A DNA stretch of 50,273 nt from Candidatus Kapaibacterium sp. (GCA_031550405.1 JAVBOP010000154.1:1-50273); one strand, 5' to 3'. Counted from the first letter of the stretch, positions 8,164 through 19,172 are shown. A program made the numbers and translations. The notes: generated from the letters alone by a model not told the origin.

Positions 8164-8637
8164 ATGATAGATATAAGTAAGATTCTTGAAAATAAATACT
8201 TGCAACTTTCTGCGAGAATAATCGTGGCATTAGTATTTATTGTTTTTGGAATGAGCAAAATTGCGGAACCCGCTCAATTTGCGAAAGATATAAATAATTA
8301 TGGCATGCTTCCGTACCAGCTGACTAATCTCGCTGCGATTATTTTGCCGTGGATTGAGCTCATTTCCGGCTTGCTTTTGCTGCTTGGCGTTCGCCTCAAA
8401 ACCAATGCGCTGCTCATTGCCGCCATGCTGATTATTTTCAATATTGCTGTTGCTACGGCTTGGGCGCGGGGATTGGATATCCATTGCGGCTGCTATTCTG
8501 ATGTTGCCGAACAAACCGTTGGCTGGCAAAAACTGGTTGAAAATTTTGGATTGCTTATACTTTTGCTTATAATTTATTTCTTTAAAAATAATGCACTTAC
8601 ATTAGAAGCTCTGGCTTTAAAGCATGAAAATTCCTAA
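8164..8637 (+). CDS. DoxX/MauE-family membrane protein
   Basis: Four TM segments with a conserved CGCY-type motif (HCGCYSD). Start moved to the internal ATG (M27 of track ORF 8086..8637). Confidence 0.6.
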   Translation: MIDISKILENKYLQLSARIIVALVFIVFGMSKIAEPAQFAKDINNYGMLPYQLTNLAAIILPWIELISGLLLLLGVRLKTNALLIAAMLIIFNIAVATAWARGLDIHCGCYSDVAEQTVGWQKLVENFGLLILLLIIYFFKNNALTLEALALKHENS

Positions 8638-9322
8638 ATTGATTTTCGATTTTATTTTTCCAAATGTATGTTTTTCTTGCAGAAATAAAATTATAAACGC
8701 TGAGAAAAATATTGCGCTAAGCTATTGTTGCGACGGATGCTTAAGCTCATTTCCTCTGGCTCCGCCGCCTGATAAAATAATAAATCAGCTCATCACTTTT
8801 TTTGAAAACGACGAAATTGCCATTTCTAATGCAGCTGCTCTTTTTGCAGCAGACAATGAATTTATATTCATAAATCTTGTTTATCAATTGAAATATCATG
8901 GGTTTACAAAAATCGGAAAAGAGTTTGGAATATTGCTCGGCAAACTTTTGAGGGATTATGGACTGAACGATTATGATTTTATACTTCCTGTGCCGATACA
9001 TCCAGCGCGCAGGCGGGAGCGAGGGTATAATCAGGCGGAATCCATAGCGGAGGGCGTAGGTGAAATTTTGGGAATTAAAGTTAAAAATAATTTAATAAAG
9101 CGAACCAAATACACCACAAGTCAAACCAGATTTTCCGCTGTTGAGCGTTCAAATAATATCAAAGATGTTTTCAAAATTAATCCGGAATGCAGTGTTGTAA
9201 ATTCGAGTATCTTGCTGATAGATGATGTACTTACAACTGGCTCAACATTAAACTCCTGTGCAACAGTTCTGCTTGAAAACAAAGCTCGAAAAGTCGATGC
9301 CGCCGCCTTGCTCAAAGCATAA
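8624..9322 (+). CDS. ComF-family phosphoribosyltransferase-like protein
   Basis: N-terminal Cys-rich motif (CFSC...CDGC), RRERGYNQAE, and a PRTase loop LLIDDVLTTGST. Overlaps the upstream gene by 14 nt. Confidence 0.8.
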   Translation: MKIPKLIFDFIFPNVCFSCRNKIINAEKNIALSYCCDGCLSSFPLAPPPDKIINQLITFFENDEIAISNAAALFAADNEFIFINLVYQLKYHGFTKIGKEFGILLGKLLRDYGLNDYDFILPVPIHPARRRERGYNQAESIAEGVGEILGIKVKNNLIKRTKYTTSQTRFSAVERSNNIKDVFKINPECSVVNSSILLIDDVLTTGSTLNSCATVLLENKARKVDAAALLKA

Positions 9323-9363
9323 AATTGAAGAAAACATAGAACTATTGTCAACAATATTCATCA

Positions 9364-10473
9364 TTAGCTATTGGGGTTGGAACTGCTATCAGGCTGGCTT
9401 TGTTCGCTTGGATGATTTTTTTTGTCATGTTCGGCTTTTTCTTTGGCTTCCTGGGCTGCCTTTTTCCTGCGCTGCTCGTTGAAATCAAATGTCTCTATCA
9501 ATGTAACGCCTTCGCGGATAATACCTCGATCCCGCAAAACCTGCTGTGCCATAACATACCGCTTCCTGTTTGGCAAAACCCCGCGCGAAGACTTGGGAAT
9601 TTGCTCGAAAGGTATGAGTGCCTCCTCAACCTCCATAGGCTTATCGGGCAGTTCAACATAATATGATTTATTCGATGCCAAGTCGAGCCATGGACCGCCC
9701 GTTTTTCGGGTATAATCAAACATATTCAATATAATCAAAGGAGTTCCAGACATAAATACATATTCATTCTTTTCATTTAATCGGGCTTTTTCACCCCAAC
9801 TAAAAATCCACTGGGCATCATCATCAAATTGCCTCACACAGGAGTGCGAAACAGGACGCCCCGGCATAGCGAATTGATGCATGGCATTACCCGCATATTG
9901 ATGAAAATTGAAGGTGTACGGCATAACCCAGTTGCTATCAAGAGAGGATAAACGCAAACGCTGCTTCCATGCTAAAGCATATCTGCCCGGAAAAGTAGGA
10001 GTGCGTTCTTTGCCGGTATTGGCAGCGGCAAACCTCACCAGCTTGCCATATTCATAACATGCGTATGCCTGCATGGCATTGCAAATAATGATAACTTTGG
10101 GAATATCCTGCGCCCCTTTGTATTCATCGGGAAATATCGAATATGCCCGTATGTCATTAATCACAGAATCGGGAACGATGACTGACTGACCGACTCGAAA
10201 GAACTGCAATTCCTTGCGATTTAAAGTTCGCAATGTCTTGAGGTAGGCAGCATTCAGCGGCGTATCCTTATATTTATTTATAAGTTGAGTACGTGTTTCA
10301 ACATCCGTTATTGAAACAAGATTATATTTAATTTCAGGGTAATTGAGTGAAAATGGCTGTTCTTTCTTTTCGCTAACCTTCGCTTTTGTTTGAGTTTGTA
10401 TTGGTTTATTGTCATTGGAAGAGTTGCAGGCGATAAAACATGCACAAGTAAATATAATAACAGCAAGCTTCAT
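9364..10473 (-). CDS. Lipoprotein with an L,D-transpeptidase (YkuD)-like catalytic motif
   Basis: Signal peptide plus Cys (FIACNSS). HQFAMPGRPVSHSCVRQ resembles the H...SHGC(I/V)R active site. Confidence 0.55.
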   Translation of the reverse strand: MKLAVIIFTCACFIACNSSNDNKPIQTQTKAKVSEKKEQPFSLNYPEIKYNLVSITDVETRTQLINKYKDTPLNAAYLKTLRTLNRKELQFFRVGQSVIVPDSVINDIRAYSIFPDEYKGAQDIPKVIIICNAMQAYACYEYGKLVRFAAANTGKERTPTFPGRYALAWKQRLRLSSLDSNWVMPYTFNFHQYAGNAMHQFAMPGRPVSHSCVRQFDDDAQWIFSWGEKARLNEKNEYVFMSGTPLIILNMFDYTRKTGGPWLDLASNKSYYVELPDKPMEVEEALIPFEQIPKSSRGVLPNRKRYVMAQQVLRDRGIIREGVTLIETFDFNEQRRKKAAQEAKEKAEHDKKNHPSEQSQPDSSSNPNS

Positions 10474-10646
10474 ATTTAAGCAATTGATTTTAAATCAGTT
10501 AAGATTATGGCACATTGTTTATGGATTTTTTGGGAAGGCATACCCCTGCAAATTATTTACCATTAACTGTTTAAAAATATTTTATTTTTAACTTTGTATA
10601 GCTTAATTTGCAATCCTAATTTTTCAGCCTTCAGCAAAAGCCCAAA

Positions 10647-11387
10647 TTATTGTTTTATGAACTGAAATGATGAGGCTTTTTCGCCTGCTTTGACTAAATA
10701 GCCGAAATAATAACCTGAAATTAAATCAGCTGTGTTTACTGAAATATTGTTCGAAGTATTTATATTTTGCGATAAAACTAATTTGCCTGATAAATCATAA
10801 ATTTCGACAGCTTCACAATTTTCAATTTCTGAATAAATATTCATAAAACTGATAGAAGGATTCGGAGAAACTCTGGCATTCGGCAGATCAGATAGCTTGA
10901 TAGAACCATTATTAAAATCCCAAGTTGCTGTAAACCGTACAAAATCAGTCTCGTCAATCTCATTATCAACCAGCTTATAAATTGATACCAACAGAGTGTC
11001 CTTGCCTTCTATCATGCTGCTTACCATTGAAATGTAAGACGTACCGTAAGTAGTGGAAGCACCCGGCGCAAGCTCATAATCCAAAACGAGTTCACTGTTC
11101 GTACTGTTCATATTTGCACACGAACCTATGCAACAGCTTGCAATATGCCCATTAGTCATATATTGATTGGATATAACAATCCGAATCGCGGTGCTGGAAA
11201 ACAACTTGTTGGTTATAATAAACTTAGCTTTAAGCTCATCTTCGGCATAAAATATATAATCTCCTGCCTTATGAGCGTCAAGCCCTTCTATTTTCAGGGA
11301 AGTTGATTCTAACATATCTTCTTCTGCGCGGACAAAATTAAAAGCTGTTAAAGATAATGCTATTATGAGAATAAGTATTTTTTTCAT
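10647..11387 (-). CDS. Secreted protein of unknown function with a T9SS C-terminal sorting domain
   Basis: Has a signal peptide. The C-terminus, SPNPS...VEIYDLSGKLV...LISGYYFGYLV....FIKQ, fits the type A Por-secretion tail. Confidence 0.6.
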   Translation of the reverse strand: MKKILILIIALSLTAFNFVRAEEDMLESTSLKIEGLDAHKAGDYIFYAEDELKAKFIITNKLFSSTAIRIVISNQYMTNGHIASCCIGSCANMNSTNSELVLDYELAPGASTTYGTSYISMVSSMIEGKDTLLVSIYKLVDNEIDETDFVRFTATWDFNNGSIKLSDLPNARVSPNPSISFMNIYSEIENCEAVEIYDLSGKLVLSQNINTSNNISVNTADLISGYYFGYLVKAGEKASSFQFIKQ

Positions 11388-11439
11388 AAAAAACTCCTTC
11401 GTATGAATTAATTATTGTGTTTATTACACGTAAATTTAT

Positions 11440-11447
11440 TATGTTTG
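11440..11447 (+). promoter_or_regulatory. TATGTTTG candidate -7 box upstream of the TlpA-like gene
   Basis: 39 nt upstream of ATG 11486. Confidence 0.3.
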
Positions 11448-11485
11448 AAAATCAATGTAACACAAAAATAATAAGGATTTTTCAC

Positions 11486-11995
11486 ATGAAAAAGATTTTT
11501 CTGCTAATATCTGTACTTTTATTCACAAACGCAATTTTTGCTCAGCAGGAAGCAAAAACTATTCCCAACGTAAAAATTAAAGACATTGCTGGAAAAGCGG
11601 TAAATACAGCGGATTTCGATAACAACGGCAAGCCAATAGTGATAAGTTTTTGGGCTACTTGGTGCAAGCCATGTTTAGATGAACTCAATACGATAAGCGA
11701 GATTTATGATGATTGGCAAGCTGAAACAGGCGTGAAACTAATAGCGATTTCGATTGATGATACCCGCAATAGCAAGCGTGTAGCTCCATTTGTGAAAGCA
11801 AGGGAATGGAATTATGAGGTTTATTTAGATGAAAATAGCGATTTCAAGCGTGCAATGGGCATAAATAATCCGCCGCATACAATATTGTTGGATGGCAATA
11901 AAAATGTTGTTTACGAGCATAACGGTTTTGCTGCCGGAAATGAAATAGAGTTGTATGAAAAAATAAAAGAAGCAGCTAACAAGCCCAAAGAATAA
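11486..11995 (+). CDS. TlpA/ResA-like thiol:disulfide oxidoreductase (thioredoxin fold)
   Basis: Has a signal peptide (MKKIFLLISVLLFTNAIFA) and the WATWCKPC active site. Start moved to the internal ATG. Confidence 0.8.
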   Translation: MKKIFLLISVLLFTNAIFAQQEAKTIPNVKIKDIAGKAVNTADFDNNGKPIVISFWATWCKPCLDELNTISEIYDDWQAETGVKLIAISIDDTRNSKRVAPFVKAREWNYEVYLDENSDFKRAMGINNPPHTILLDGNKNVVYEHNGFAAGNEIELYEKIKEAANKPKE

Positions 11996-12014
11996 GGAAA
12001 TAAAGTGATAGCAA

Positions 12015-12047
12015 AGCGGTTTCCCTATGCAGGAAATCGCTTTTTTT
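12015..12047 (+). terminator. Rho-independent terminator
   Basis: AGCGGTTTCC-loop-GGAAATCGCT followed by T7. Confidence 0.75.
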
Positions 12048-12144
12048 GTTTGTATGGAATCATTTAAAAATAAACAATACTTTATACTGGCGCAGACGAA
12101 ACTGTTGGCGCTATGGATTTAATGATTTAACGCACAATATTTCT

Positions 12145-12152
12145 TAAATTTG
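12145..12152 (+). promoter_or_regulatory. TAAATTTG candidate -7 box only 5 nt before the mfd ATG (possible leaderless mRNA)
   Basis: Exact TAnnTTTG. There is no SD-like sequence between the box and ATG 12158. Confidence 0.3.
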
Positions 12153-12157
12153 CATAT

Positions 12158-15100
12158 ATGAATCATGCACACCTGCTTAAGACTTTTGAAAATCTCCCGT
12201 TCGTTAATAGAAGTGTAGAATTATTAAAAAAAAATCATAATTGCAATGTAAAAATGCTGTATGGAGCTGCCAAGTCATTATATATCTCAGCAATAGCACA
12301 AAGGACACAATATAAGTTTCTGGTTCTTGCTCCGAACAGTGAAAATGCAGCTAACCTGTTTGATGACATGCAGTTGCTTATGCCGCAGCATAACACGTGG
12401 TACTTTGAACCCGGCAAAAAGCAAAGCAGCGTTAAAATTAGCAACGACCCGCATATAGCCGAGCTTATCGACCGCGTGGCAAAATTTCAGAATGAAGCAA
12501 GCGCTGTGGCGGTTTGCACGCCTGAAATCCTGCAAATGCAAATCCCCAATCCCGATATTGTTCATCAGCATGCCTGTACGCTTGGCAAGAGTCAAGTTGT
12601 TGATATTCAAGAACTTGCAACGCAATTGTCATTGAATGGATTTCAGAAGGAACAGTATGTCTCGCGTCAGGGCGAATATGCCGTTCGCGGCGGAATTGTG
12701 GACATTTTTGCTCCCAGTATGCAGCTGCCTGTACGCATTGAATTTTGGGACGACAGCATTGATTCTATCCGCTTTTTCGACAGTTTAACCCAGCGCAGCC
12801 TTGAGGAGCTTGATAGCATTGATTTTATAAATTCGATGTTCGTGAGCGAGGAAATTGCATCTTCGACGGTGTTTAACTATATCACGCAGGATACGGTTTT
12901 TATTATTGATGAGCCGCAATCTATCGACTTTTCGCAGGAATCTCTTCGACCTGTTTCAAACTTTAAGTGCATCAATATCAACTCGTTAGGCAATGCTGAC
13001 ATTGAGCTTTCATGCACGCCGCAGCCAAGCATGCACGCCTCTGTGCAGAGATTTGCAATGGAACTTGATAAGAATATAAAGCTGAATATTGGCACATATA
13101 TAGCGGCGGATGGCGAGATACATCTTAATAGATTAAAGGATTTAGTCGAAAACACATTGGATGTTGATGATGGAATTATGAATAAAAATTCATCAATGTT
13201 CGATATGGAGCAATTCGATTTGAAGGAGATTAGGTTCGATATAAATGAGGTGCATTGGCTTGCAAGCTCGCTCAGCACTGGCTTTGTGCTGCCGGAGTAT
13301 CAGTTGGCATATTTTGTTGAGAATGAAATATTTGCCCGCCATAGAAATATTAAATCTGACAAGTCAAAAACAGCTAAGGGCATTACATTAAAAGAGCTTA
13401 AGCAGCTGCATACAGGCGACTACATAGTGCATGAAGACAAGGGTATCGGCAAATTCGACGGCTTCCAATCCATTGAAATTGCCGGCAGCAAACAGGATTG
13501 CCTGCGCATGGTATTTGCCGACGACGATGTGCTCTATGTCCATTTAAATTACATACATAAGGTGCAAAAATTCTCTGCAGCCGATGGCACTGTGCCGCGC
13601 CTGTCGAAGCTCGGTTCTACCGAATGGCTGCGCAAAAAAGACAGAACCAAGCGCAAGCTCAAGGATATTGCACGCGAACTTATTGCCTTATATGCCCAGC
13701 GGCAAATGCAGAAAGGGTTTGCCTTTCCGCCTGACGGCTCGTGGCAGAAAGAGTTTGAGGCGGCGTTCATATATGAGGATACTATTGACCAAGCCAAGAC
13801 CACGCAGGAGGTTAAGCGGGATATGGAGGCTGATATGCACATGGACAGGCTGGTTTGCGGCGATGTCGGCTTTGGCAAGACGGAGATTGCAATCCGTGCC
13901 GCATTCAAGGCTGCCACCGCTGGCAAGCAGACCGCTGTGCTTGTGCCAACAACTATCCTTGCCCAGCAGCATTATTTCTCATTTTCGGAGCGTATCGGGC
14001 GCTATCCAGTCAAGGTTGATGTTTTGTCCCGCTTTCGCAGCCGTAACGATCAAAAGCAAATATTAGAAAAATTAAAAGAAGGCAAGATAGACATACTTAT
14101 CGGCACGCACAGAATATTAAGTAAGGATATTGATTTTAAAGACTTAGGGCTGTTAGTTGTTGATGAAGAGCATAGATTCGGCGTCGGTGCAAAAGAAAAG
14201 CTGCGGCAGATAAAAAACAATGTTGATACGCTGACACTGACTGCAACGCCGATACCCCGCACGCTGAATTTTTCGCTTATGGGCGCCCGGGACTTGAGTC
14301 AGATTGAGACGCCGCCACGCAACCGGCTGCCTGTTATCACAGAAATAAATGAATGGCAGGACAGCTTCGTATGCGAGAGGATATTGGAGGAAATTCGGCG
14401 CGGAGGACAGGTTTTCCTCGTAAACGATAAGATTCATGGATTGGATAAAATCGCCCGGGACTTGCAAATGGAGATGCCAGCCATACGCTTTGCAGAGGTT
14501 CACGGGCAAATGCCTGCGAATTTTATCGAAGATATAATGGACAAGTTTATTAACAGGAAATTCGACGTCCTGCTTGCAACGAAGATAATCGAGTCCGGCA
14601 TTGACATCCCGAATGCAAATACCATCATTATCAATAATGCGCAGAATTTCGGGCTTGCCGAGCTGTATCAGTTGCGTGGACGCGTTGGGCGCAGCAATAT
14701 TCAGGCATATTGTTACCTGCTTGTACCCAATGCCTCGCATCTGCCTGCAAAGGCATTGAAGCGCTTGCTTGCAATTGAGGAATTTACGGATTTGGGCAGC
14801 GGTTTGCAGCTTGCCATGCGCGATATGGAGATACGCGGTGCCGGTGCGCTGCTGGGCGCTGAACAGAGCGGATTTATATCCGAAATTGGTTTTGATTTAT
14901 ATCAAAAAGTGCTGGCAGAAGCAGTTATGGAGCTGAAGAAGAACGAGTTTGCCGATATTTTCCGCAAGAATGATGACGAGCCGGATCTGCCCGATTTTAA
15001 TAATGACGATATTATGATAGAGACGGACACCGATGCGTATTTTCCACCAAACTATGTTGAAGATGATACAGAGCGGTTCAGCTATTATAAGGCATTATTT

Positions 15101-15463
15101 GAAATTACGACGAATAATGAATTAAAATTCATAATTACTGAATTAGAAGACAAATATGGCAAAATGCCTGAAGAAGCGCGCGAGTTGCTGTTTATTGTCA
15201 GATTGCGCATAGCGGCGCTAAACACAGGATTTGTGCGGGTTACAGTGAAAGAAGACGGCATGTCGCTGGAATTTCCGCCTCAGGAAAACAAGGAATATTA
15301 CGATAAAATATTCCCTGTTGTTCTGGAGTGTGCGCAGGCTTTTGAAGGCATGCAGCTCTTACAAATTAAAAATAAATTAACTTTAAAATGCGATATCGAG
15401 CGCCGTTCCGACGTAATTGATTTCTTATGGAAAATAAAGAAAACAATAGAAATGAGCTTCTAA
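12158..15463 (+). CDS. mfd: Transcription-repair coupling factor
   Basis: 1101 aa. Has CarD-like (DYIVHEDKGIG), helicase motif I (GDVGFGKTE), DEEH, and TRG-type motifs. Confidence 0.95.
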   Translation: MNHAHLLKTFENLPFVNRSVELLKKNHNCNVKMLYGAAKSLYISAIAQRTQYKFLVLAPNSENAANLFDDMQLLMPQHNTWYFEPGKKQSSVKISNDPHIAELIDRVAKFQNEASAVAVCTPEILQMQIPNPDIVHQHACTLGKSQVVDIQELATQLSLNGFQKEQYVSRQGEYAVRGGIVDIFAPSMQLPVRIEFWDDSIDSIRFFDSLTQRSLEELDSIDFINSMFVSEEIASSTVFNYITQDTVFIIDEPQSIDFSQESLRPVSNFKCININSLGNADIELSCTPQPSMHASVQRFAMELDKNIKLNIGTYIAADGEIHLNRLKDLVENTLDVDDGIMNKNSSMFDMEQFDLKEIRFDINEVHWLASSLSTGFVLPEYQLAYFVENEIFARHRNIKSDKSKTAKGITLKELKQLHTGDYIVHEDKGIGKFDGFQSIEIAGSKQDCLRMVFADDDVLYVHLNYIHKVQKFSAADGTVPRLSKLGSTEWLRKKDRTKRKLKDIARELIALYAQRQMQKGFAFPPDGSWQKEFEAAFIYEDTIDQAKTTQEVKRDMEADMHMDRLVCGDVGFGKTEIAIRAAFKAATAGKQTAVLVPTTILAQQHYFSFSERIGRYPVKVDVLSRFRSRNDQKQILEKLKEGKIDILIGTHRILSKDIDFKDLGLLVVDEEHRFGVGAKEKLRQIKNNVDTLTLTATPIPRTLNFSLMGARDLSQIETPPRNRLPVITEINEWQDSFVCERILEEIRRGGQVFLVNDKIHGLDKIARDLQMEMPAIRFAEVHGQMPANFIEDIMDKFINRKFDVLLATKIIESGIDIPNANTIIINNAQNFGLAELYQLRGRVGRSNIQAYCYLLVPNASHLPAKALKRLLAIEEFTDLGSGLQLAMRDMEIRGAGALLGAEQSGFISEIGFDLYQKVLAEAVMELKKNEFADIFRKNDDEPDLPDFNNDDIMIETDTDAYFPPNYVEDDTERFSYYKALFEITTNNELKFIITELEDKYGKMPEEARELLFIVRLRIAALNTGFVRVTVKEDGMSLEFPPQENKEYYDKIFPVVLECAQAFEGMQLLQIKNKLTLKCDIERRSDVIDFLWKIKKTIEMSF

Positions 15464-15486
15464 TACCCAACAGTTGTCAACTTTCA

Positions 15487-15515
15487 GTTTAATGAGTAAT
15501 ACAAAAAACACCCCG
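15487..15515 (+). repeat. Small repeat GTTTAAT..AATAC-AAAAAACACCCCG, copy 1
   Basis: About 26 of 30 positions match 29831-29860 in the same orientation. Both copies are followed by a short GC hairpin. Confidence 0.5.
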
Positions 15516-15528
15516 CTGCTGCGCAGCA

Positions 15529-15545
15529 CCCCTCTACAAGAGGGG
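15529..15545. other. Hairpin CCCCTCT-ACA-AGAGGGG in the convergent mfd/large-gene spacer
   Basis: Perfect 7-bp stem. The GGGG arm (15542-15545) can alternatively pair with ATTCCCC at 15582-15588. Confidence 0.5.
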
Positions 15546-15719
15546 AATTATGTAACCGTCAATATTTACATGATGTTATACATTCCCCTTCCCTGACGGA
15601 GTAGGCTATGAGTAAGCATTAATCCACAGGATTAATTAACGTATCTTGATAATTGTTATGTATAAAGTTATGATTTATAAAGCGATTGACTTATATGCTC
15701 CTCAAAAAAACATATATCG

Positions 15720-18700
15720 CTAATTTTTCTTTATTGCGTCGCGACCAAGCTGACCTTGCAGATTTTTGAGATATGGATATGAGCATATACTCTCCAGCAT
15801 CTCCCTTGCATAATTGATTTTGGTGGTCAGTTCGCTGCGAATCTCCTTCTCAAACGCCGTGGCATTGTTCAGCTTCTTGGTTAGATTGCGCGCGTGCATT
15901 TCCCAGAGCTTTATGTCCTGCTGCTGCTTCAGCATGAGGCGGTTGGCGTATGCATCGCTATTTATTAGATAATCATAAGTAAACATATTGCGCAGCTCGG
16001 GCGATTCCAAAGTCATACCTTCATAATGTCCGTGAGCCATGATATGCAGCAGTGCCTTCAAAGGCAGCAGCGCCTGCTCCACACTGCCGTCGTTAAAATA
16101 TGCCATCGCAATTTTATTTTGAGCTTCTACTATGTTATTAATGCCATCGACAAATTCAGACATATCCTGCAGTTCGGGCTTAAGCATTTCCTCGGTCAAT
16201 ACTACATTTGGATTCTCAAATATGCGCCCAAAGTACATGTTCACAAATTTAGATGTGATTCTATAGCCGAGTATGCTCGCTTTCACCTGCTGCCCGCCAT
16301 GCTCGAAGTCGTTTATTTTTTCTAAATACCCATCGGCTATCATATTCTGCGGATTGCGCTCGGCTGGATATAATCTTGCCCACAATTCGGGTATCAGCAA
16401 GCTCAAATCATGGTCTACCCTGAACTTGGAGCCTATATATCCTGCGGGAGTTGTAAATCCAGGATAGCCTGTTAATATGTATGATACCAGTGCATTATTC
16501 AGGTCTATAATCGGCGACAGGGCATTGAATGGTATTTTGGTCAATGCACCTTCGGAACCTGCACCTGTTGTAGATGGAGACTTGCCTGTCAGGCTGCAGA
16601 TAAAATCCATGAACAGTTCAGGCAACTCCTGATAATGCACAGGGTTATATACTGCAAGAGGTCGTATGCCTTTTTCACGAGGATTATTGCGCCTTCCCGG
16701 CAATATCAAATTGACAGGTGTAAACAGCGGCTCATTTGTCGGTATCTTTCTGGAAAGCCTCATACCCACTTCAGCTACATAATTCTCTATTGGAGCTATC
16801 AAATCATTGCGCGTTTGCAAATACCGGACATTTGCCGAAGGCTTGCCATTGACGATGCGGGGATTGGCAGATGAAATGAAGTACTTATCGCTGCCATTGC
16901 CCGACGCCATTTCCCTGATAACATTGCGCATGGGCTCGGTGAAGCTCTCAAAGGCAACAGTCTCATCAAGCATATTCTGGGCATCTTCCTTAGTCAACGG
17001 CTCATAGTTCGAGACAAAGGTATTCGGCGACGCCAAATCGGCTTCTGCCTTTTTATCATAACCTCTATGTATGGCTTCATCGGGACGCTGGAAGAAACGG
17101 TACTCGCAATTGGTTATAATCTTCACGCTCGGATAGCTTTCGGCAAGCGGATTGAGCTTCTCCAATGCACGTGCCGGCACAACAATAGAGGCGGTTATAT
17201 CGTCCTCCATTTGCAGCTTTGCAGCGTGGACAAAATCCTGCCGCAATTTGAAAGTGCGCCATGCGCCCTGCTCGTCAAAGCCTACACGCAAATAGCGGGA
17301 GGCAAGTTTGCGCCCATCATACTTCAGCTCGTTGCCAAGCTGCCCGTTCAATATATCAACAGTAAAATGCTCATGCCAGTTATCTCCCCATTCCTCGCGA
17401 TAGTACCGCTTTACGATAAAGGCAATGCCCTTGATATACTGCGGAATGCTGTCAAGCCATGCATTGTACTCGTCGGTAAAATCGGGCGATGGCGTCAGCA
17501 GCTTGATTACAGAGCCGTTCGAGCGGCGCGGACTTAAGAACGGGCGGCTGTTCTCGGCATTTTTTGTATCGTCTCTATATCTTTTGCCATAATCATGCTC
17601 TATTATGTTGCGGGTATATTCCATGTCCCTGTGATAGTCCTTGATAAAGAACGAGCCTGTGAAAATGGCATCAGATATTGACTTGGATATTTCCGACTTA
17701 CCGCCGCCAGAAACAGTGCACGGCTTATGAAATAATGTACCTTCAGCAACAGTTTCAATCAAACGGTAGTTCTTGCTGCCCGGCACCTTATCCATGGAGA
17801 ATTTAGAGCCATTGGGCAGTATATAATAATTATCTGGCAATAGCTTTATAGACCGCTCTTCGCCGCCGCTTTGCCATGACACTTTTTGCGTGGCAAGGTG
17901 GAATGCCGTATTCTCCGGTACATAGAATATATTCTTATAGTTCCTGTCAATAGCATAGCCTTCGGGCATAATATCCATTATGTCGGCAAAGCAGCGGGAC
18001 ATCTCATCGAATGTATTAACTATATGGTGCGGCTTGTTTATATGCTGGTCGCCCTGATTATATGTAGGGAATACCATCGCACCGCCGGCATGTTCTTCTT
18101 CGCAGTTGCCGAACAGGTTTGCGGCAAAATTTATCTGGGTTTTCACCTCTTTTTTGGAATATCCGAAGTAGTTGTCCGCTATGACTGTTACTATAATGCC
18201 GTCATCTGTCCTGAATGTGATTTTAAATGCGCTGCCGTCGTTGTAATACTCATCTTCATTCTCCCAGCACATGCCGTCGCGCTTCTGCCTCTCGGTTGCC
18301 TCCGATACATGCGGCAGACCTGCTTCTTTTTTGGTGATACCGGTTAATTGCGGTGCCAGAATAACGCATCCCGTATGCCCTGTCCAATGCTCTATATCTA
18401 ATGCCGCATCATTCTGTATGCTGTATGGATTGCCCGCATTGCCGAATATTGATTCCACGAAATCCATATTGCTTACAAGCGATGCTGGAGCAAAAAAGCG
18501 GATTTCCATAGTCCTTTCAGGAGTTATGCCCGATACTTCCGGACATACTATCGGACGCAACAGCAGCGATATCCATGCCTTTGCCGGCTTATCCTGACTG
18601 GCGGTATACGGGATATTCAAAATATCGCCCGATTCGGCAAGCGCTCTGTGCAGCAAATATGCCGCCGTATGCTTAGGCACAGCCTTCTTATCGTCCGGAA

Positions 18701-19172
18701 CAGGCAAGCCGCCTTCCGCCACATGGAATACACCTTTTGTGGTGCGGCGGTCATTCTTGGGATTATGCAGTATGCCTTGCTTTATGCGGTACGATTTGAG
18801 GTATTCAGAGGCATATTCATCGGCATCGGGAGGCAGGGACAGCTCACGTGCAAGTCCATGAAAATCCAGTGTAAAAGTGCTGTTCGGCAGCTGCAGCGGC
18901 GGGCAGTTCTCCACTCCGAGAAAATAGTCATCGATAAAATCCTGAATGCGCCGGTCTGATGGACATAGAGCCGGCCTGATGATGCGTTCCCGCTCGCGGT
19001 AGGTCTCGAGCAGGTTTTTGGCTATATCCAAAAAAGAGCCGCTGCCATCGGTTTCTATGTCGCTAAGCCCTAATGATATAAGCCGCAAGTCTATATATTG
19101 ATGAAGATATTGCTTTGAGATAGGTGCCCCGTTTTCTCGTACAATACCTAATTTTTTCACTAAGTTGTTCAT
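15720..19172 (-). CDS. Large conserved cytoplasmic protein, tentatively PPi-dependent phosphoenolpyruvate carboxykinase (PEP carboxytransphosphorylase) family
   Basis: Uninterrupted ORF of about 1150 aa with no TM segment or signal peptide. The size and my recollection of the family suggest PPi-PEPCK, but this is not verifiable here. The track start at 19202 is TTG; the first ATG is at 19172 (MNNLVKKLG). Confidence 0.45.
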   Translation of the reverse strand: MNNLVKKLGIVRENGAPISKQYLHQYIDLRLISLGLSDIETDGSGSFLDIAKNLLETYRERERIIRPALCPSDRRIQDFIDDYFLGVENCPPLQLPNSTFTLDFHGLARELSLPPDADEYASEYLKSYRIKQGILHNPKNDRRTTKGVFHVAEGGLPVPDDKKAVPKHTAAYLLHRALAESGDILNIPYTASQDKPAKAWISLLLRPIVCPEVSGITPERTMEIRFFAPASLVSNMDFVESIFGNAGNPYSIQNDAALDIEHWTGHTGCVILAPQLTGITKKEAGLPHVSEATERQKRDGMCWENEDEYYNDGSAFKITFRTDDGIIVTVIADNYFGYSKKEVKTQINFAANLFGNCEEEHAGGAMVFPTYNQGDQHINKPHHIVNTFDEMSRCFADIMDIMPEGYAIDRNYKNIFYVPENTAFHLATQKVSWQSGGEERSIKLLPDNYYILPNGSKFSMDKVPGSKNYRLIETVAEGTLFHKPCTVSGGGKSEISKSISDAIFTGSFFIKDYHRDMEYTRNIIEHDYGKRYRDDTKNAENSRPFLSPRRSNGSVIKLLTPSPDFTDEYNAWLDSIPQYIKGIAFIVKRYYREEWGDNWHEHFTVDILNGQLGNELKYDGRKLASRYLRVGFDEQGAWRTFKLRQDFVHAAKLQMEDDITASIVVPARALEKLNPLAESYPSVKIITNCEYRFFQRPDEAIHRGYDKKAEADLASPNTFVSNYEPLTKEDAQNMLDETVAFESFTEPMRNVIREMASGNGSDKYFISSANPRIVNGKPSANVRYLQTRNDLIAPIENYVAEVGMRLSRKIPTNEPLFTPVNLILPGRRNNPREKGIRPLAVYNPVHYQELPELFMDFICSLTGKSPSTTGAGSEGALTKIPFNALSPIIDLNNALVSYILTGYPGFTTPAGYIGSKFRVDHDLSLLIPELWARLYPAERNPQNMIADGYLEKINDFEHGGQQVKASILGYRITSKFVNMYFGRIFENPNVVLTEEMLKPELQDMSEFVDGINNIVEAQNKIAMAYFNDGSVEQALLPLKALLHIMAHGHYEGMTLESPELRNMFTYDYLINSDAYANRLMLKQQQDIKLWEMHARNLTKKLNNATAFEKEIRSELTTKINYAREMLESICSYPYLKNLQGQLGRDAIKKN

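Noticed and set aside
12235-18959. Many 60-195-aa ORFs antisense to or out of frame within mfd and the 1150-aa gene (for example 13549..13926, 14153..14740, 17067..17537, 17886..18347)
   Set aside because: They are typical shadow ORFs inside long, G+C-richer genes. Their translations are Arg/Cys/His-rich with no motifs.
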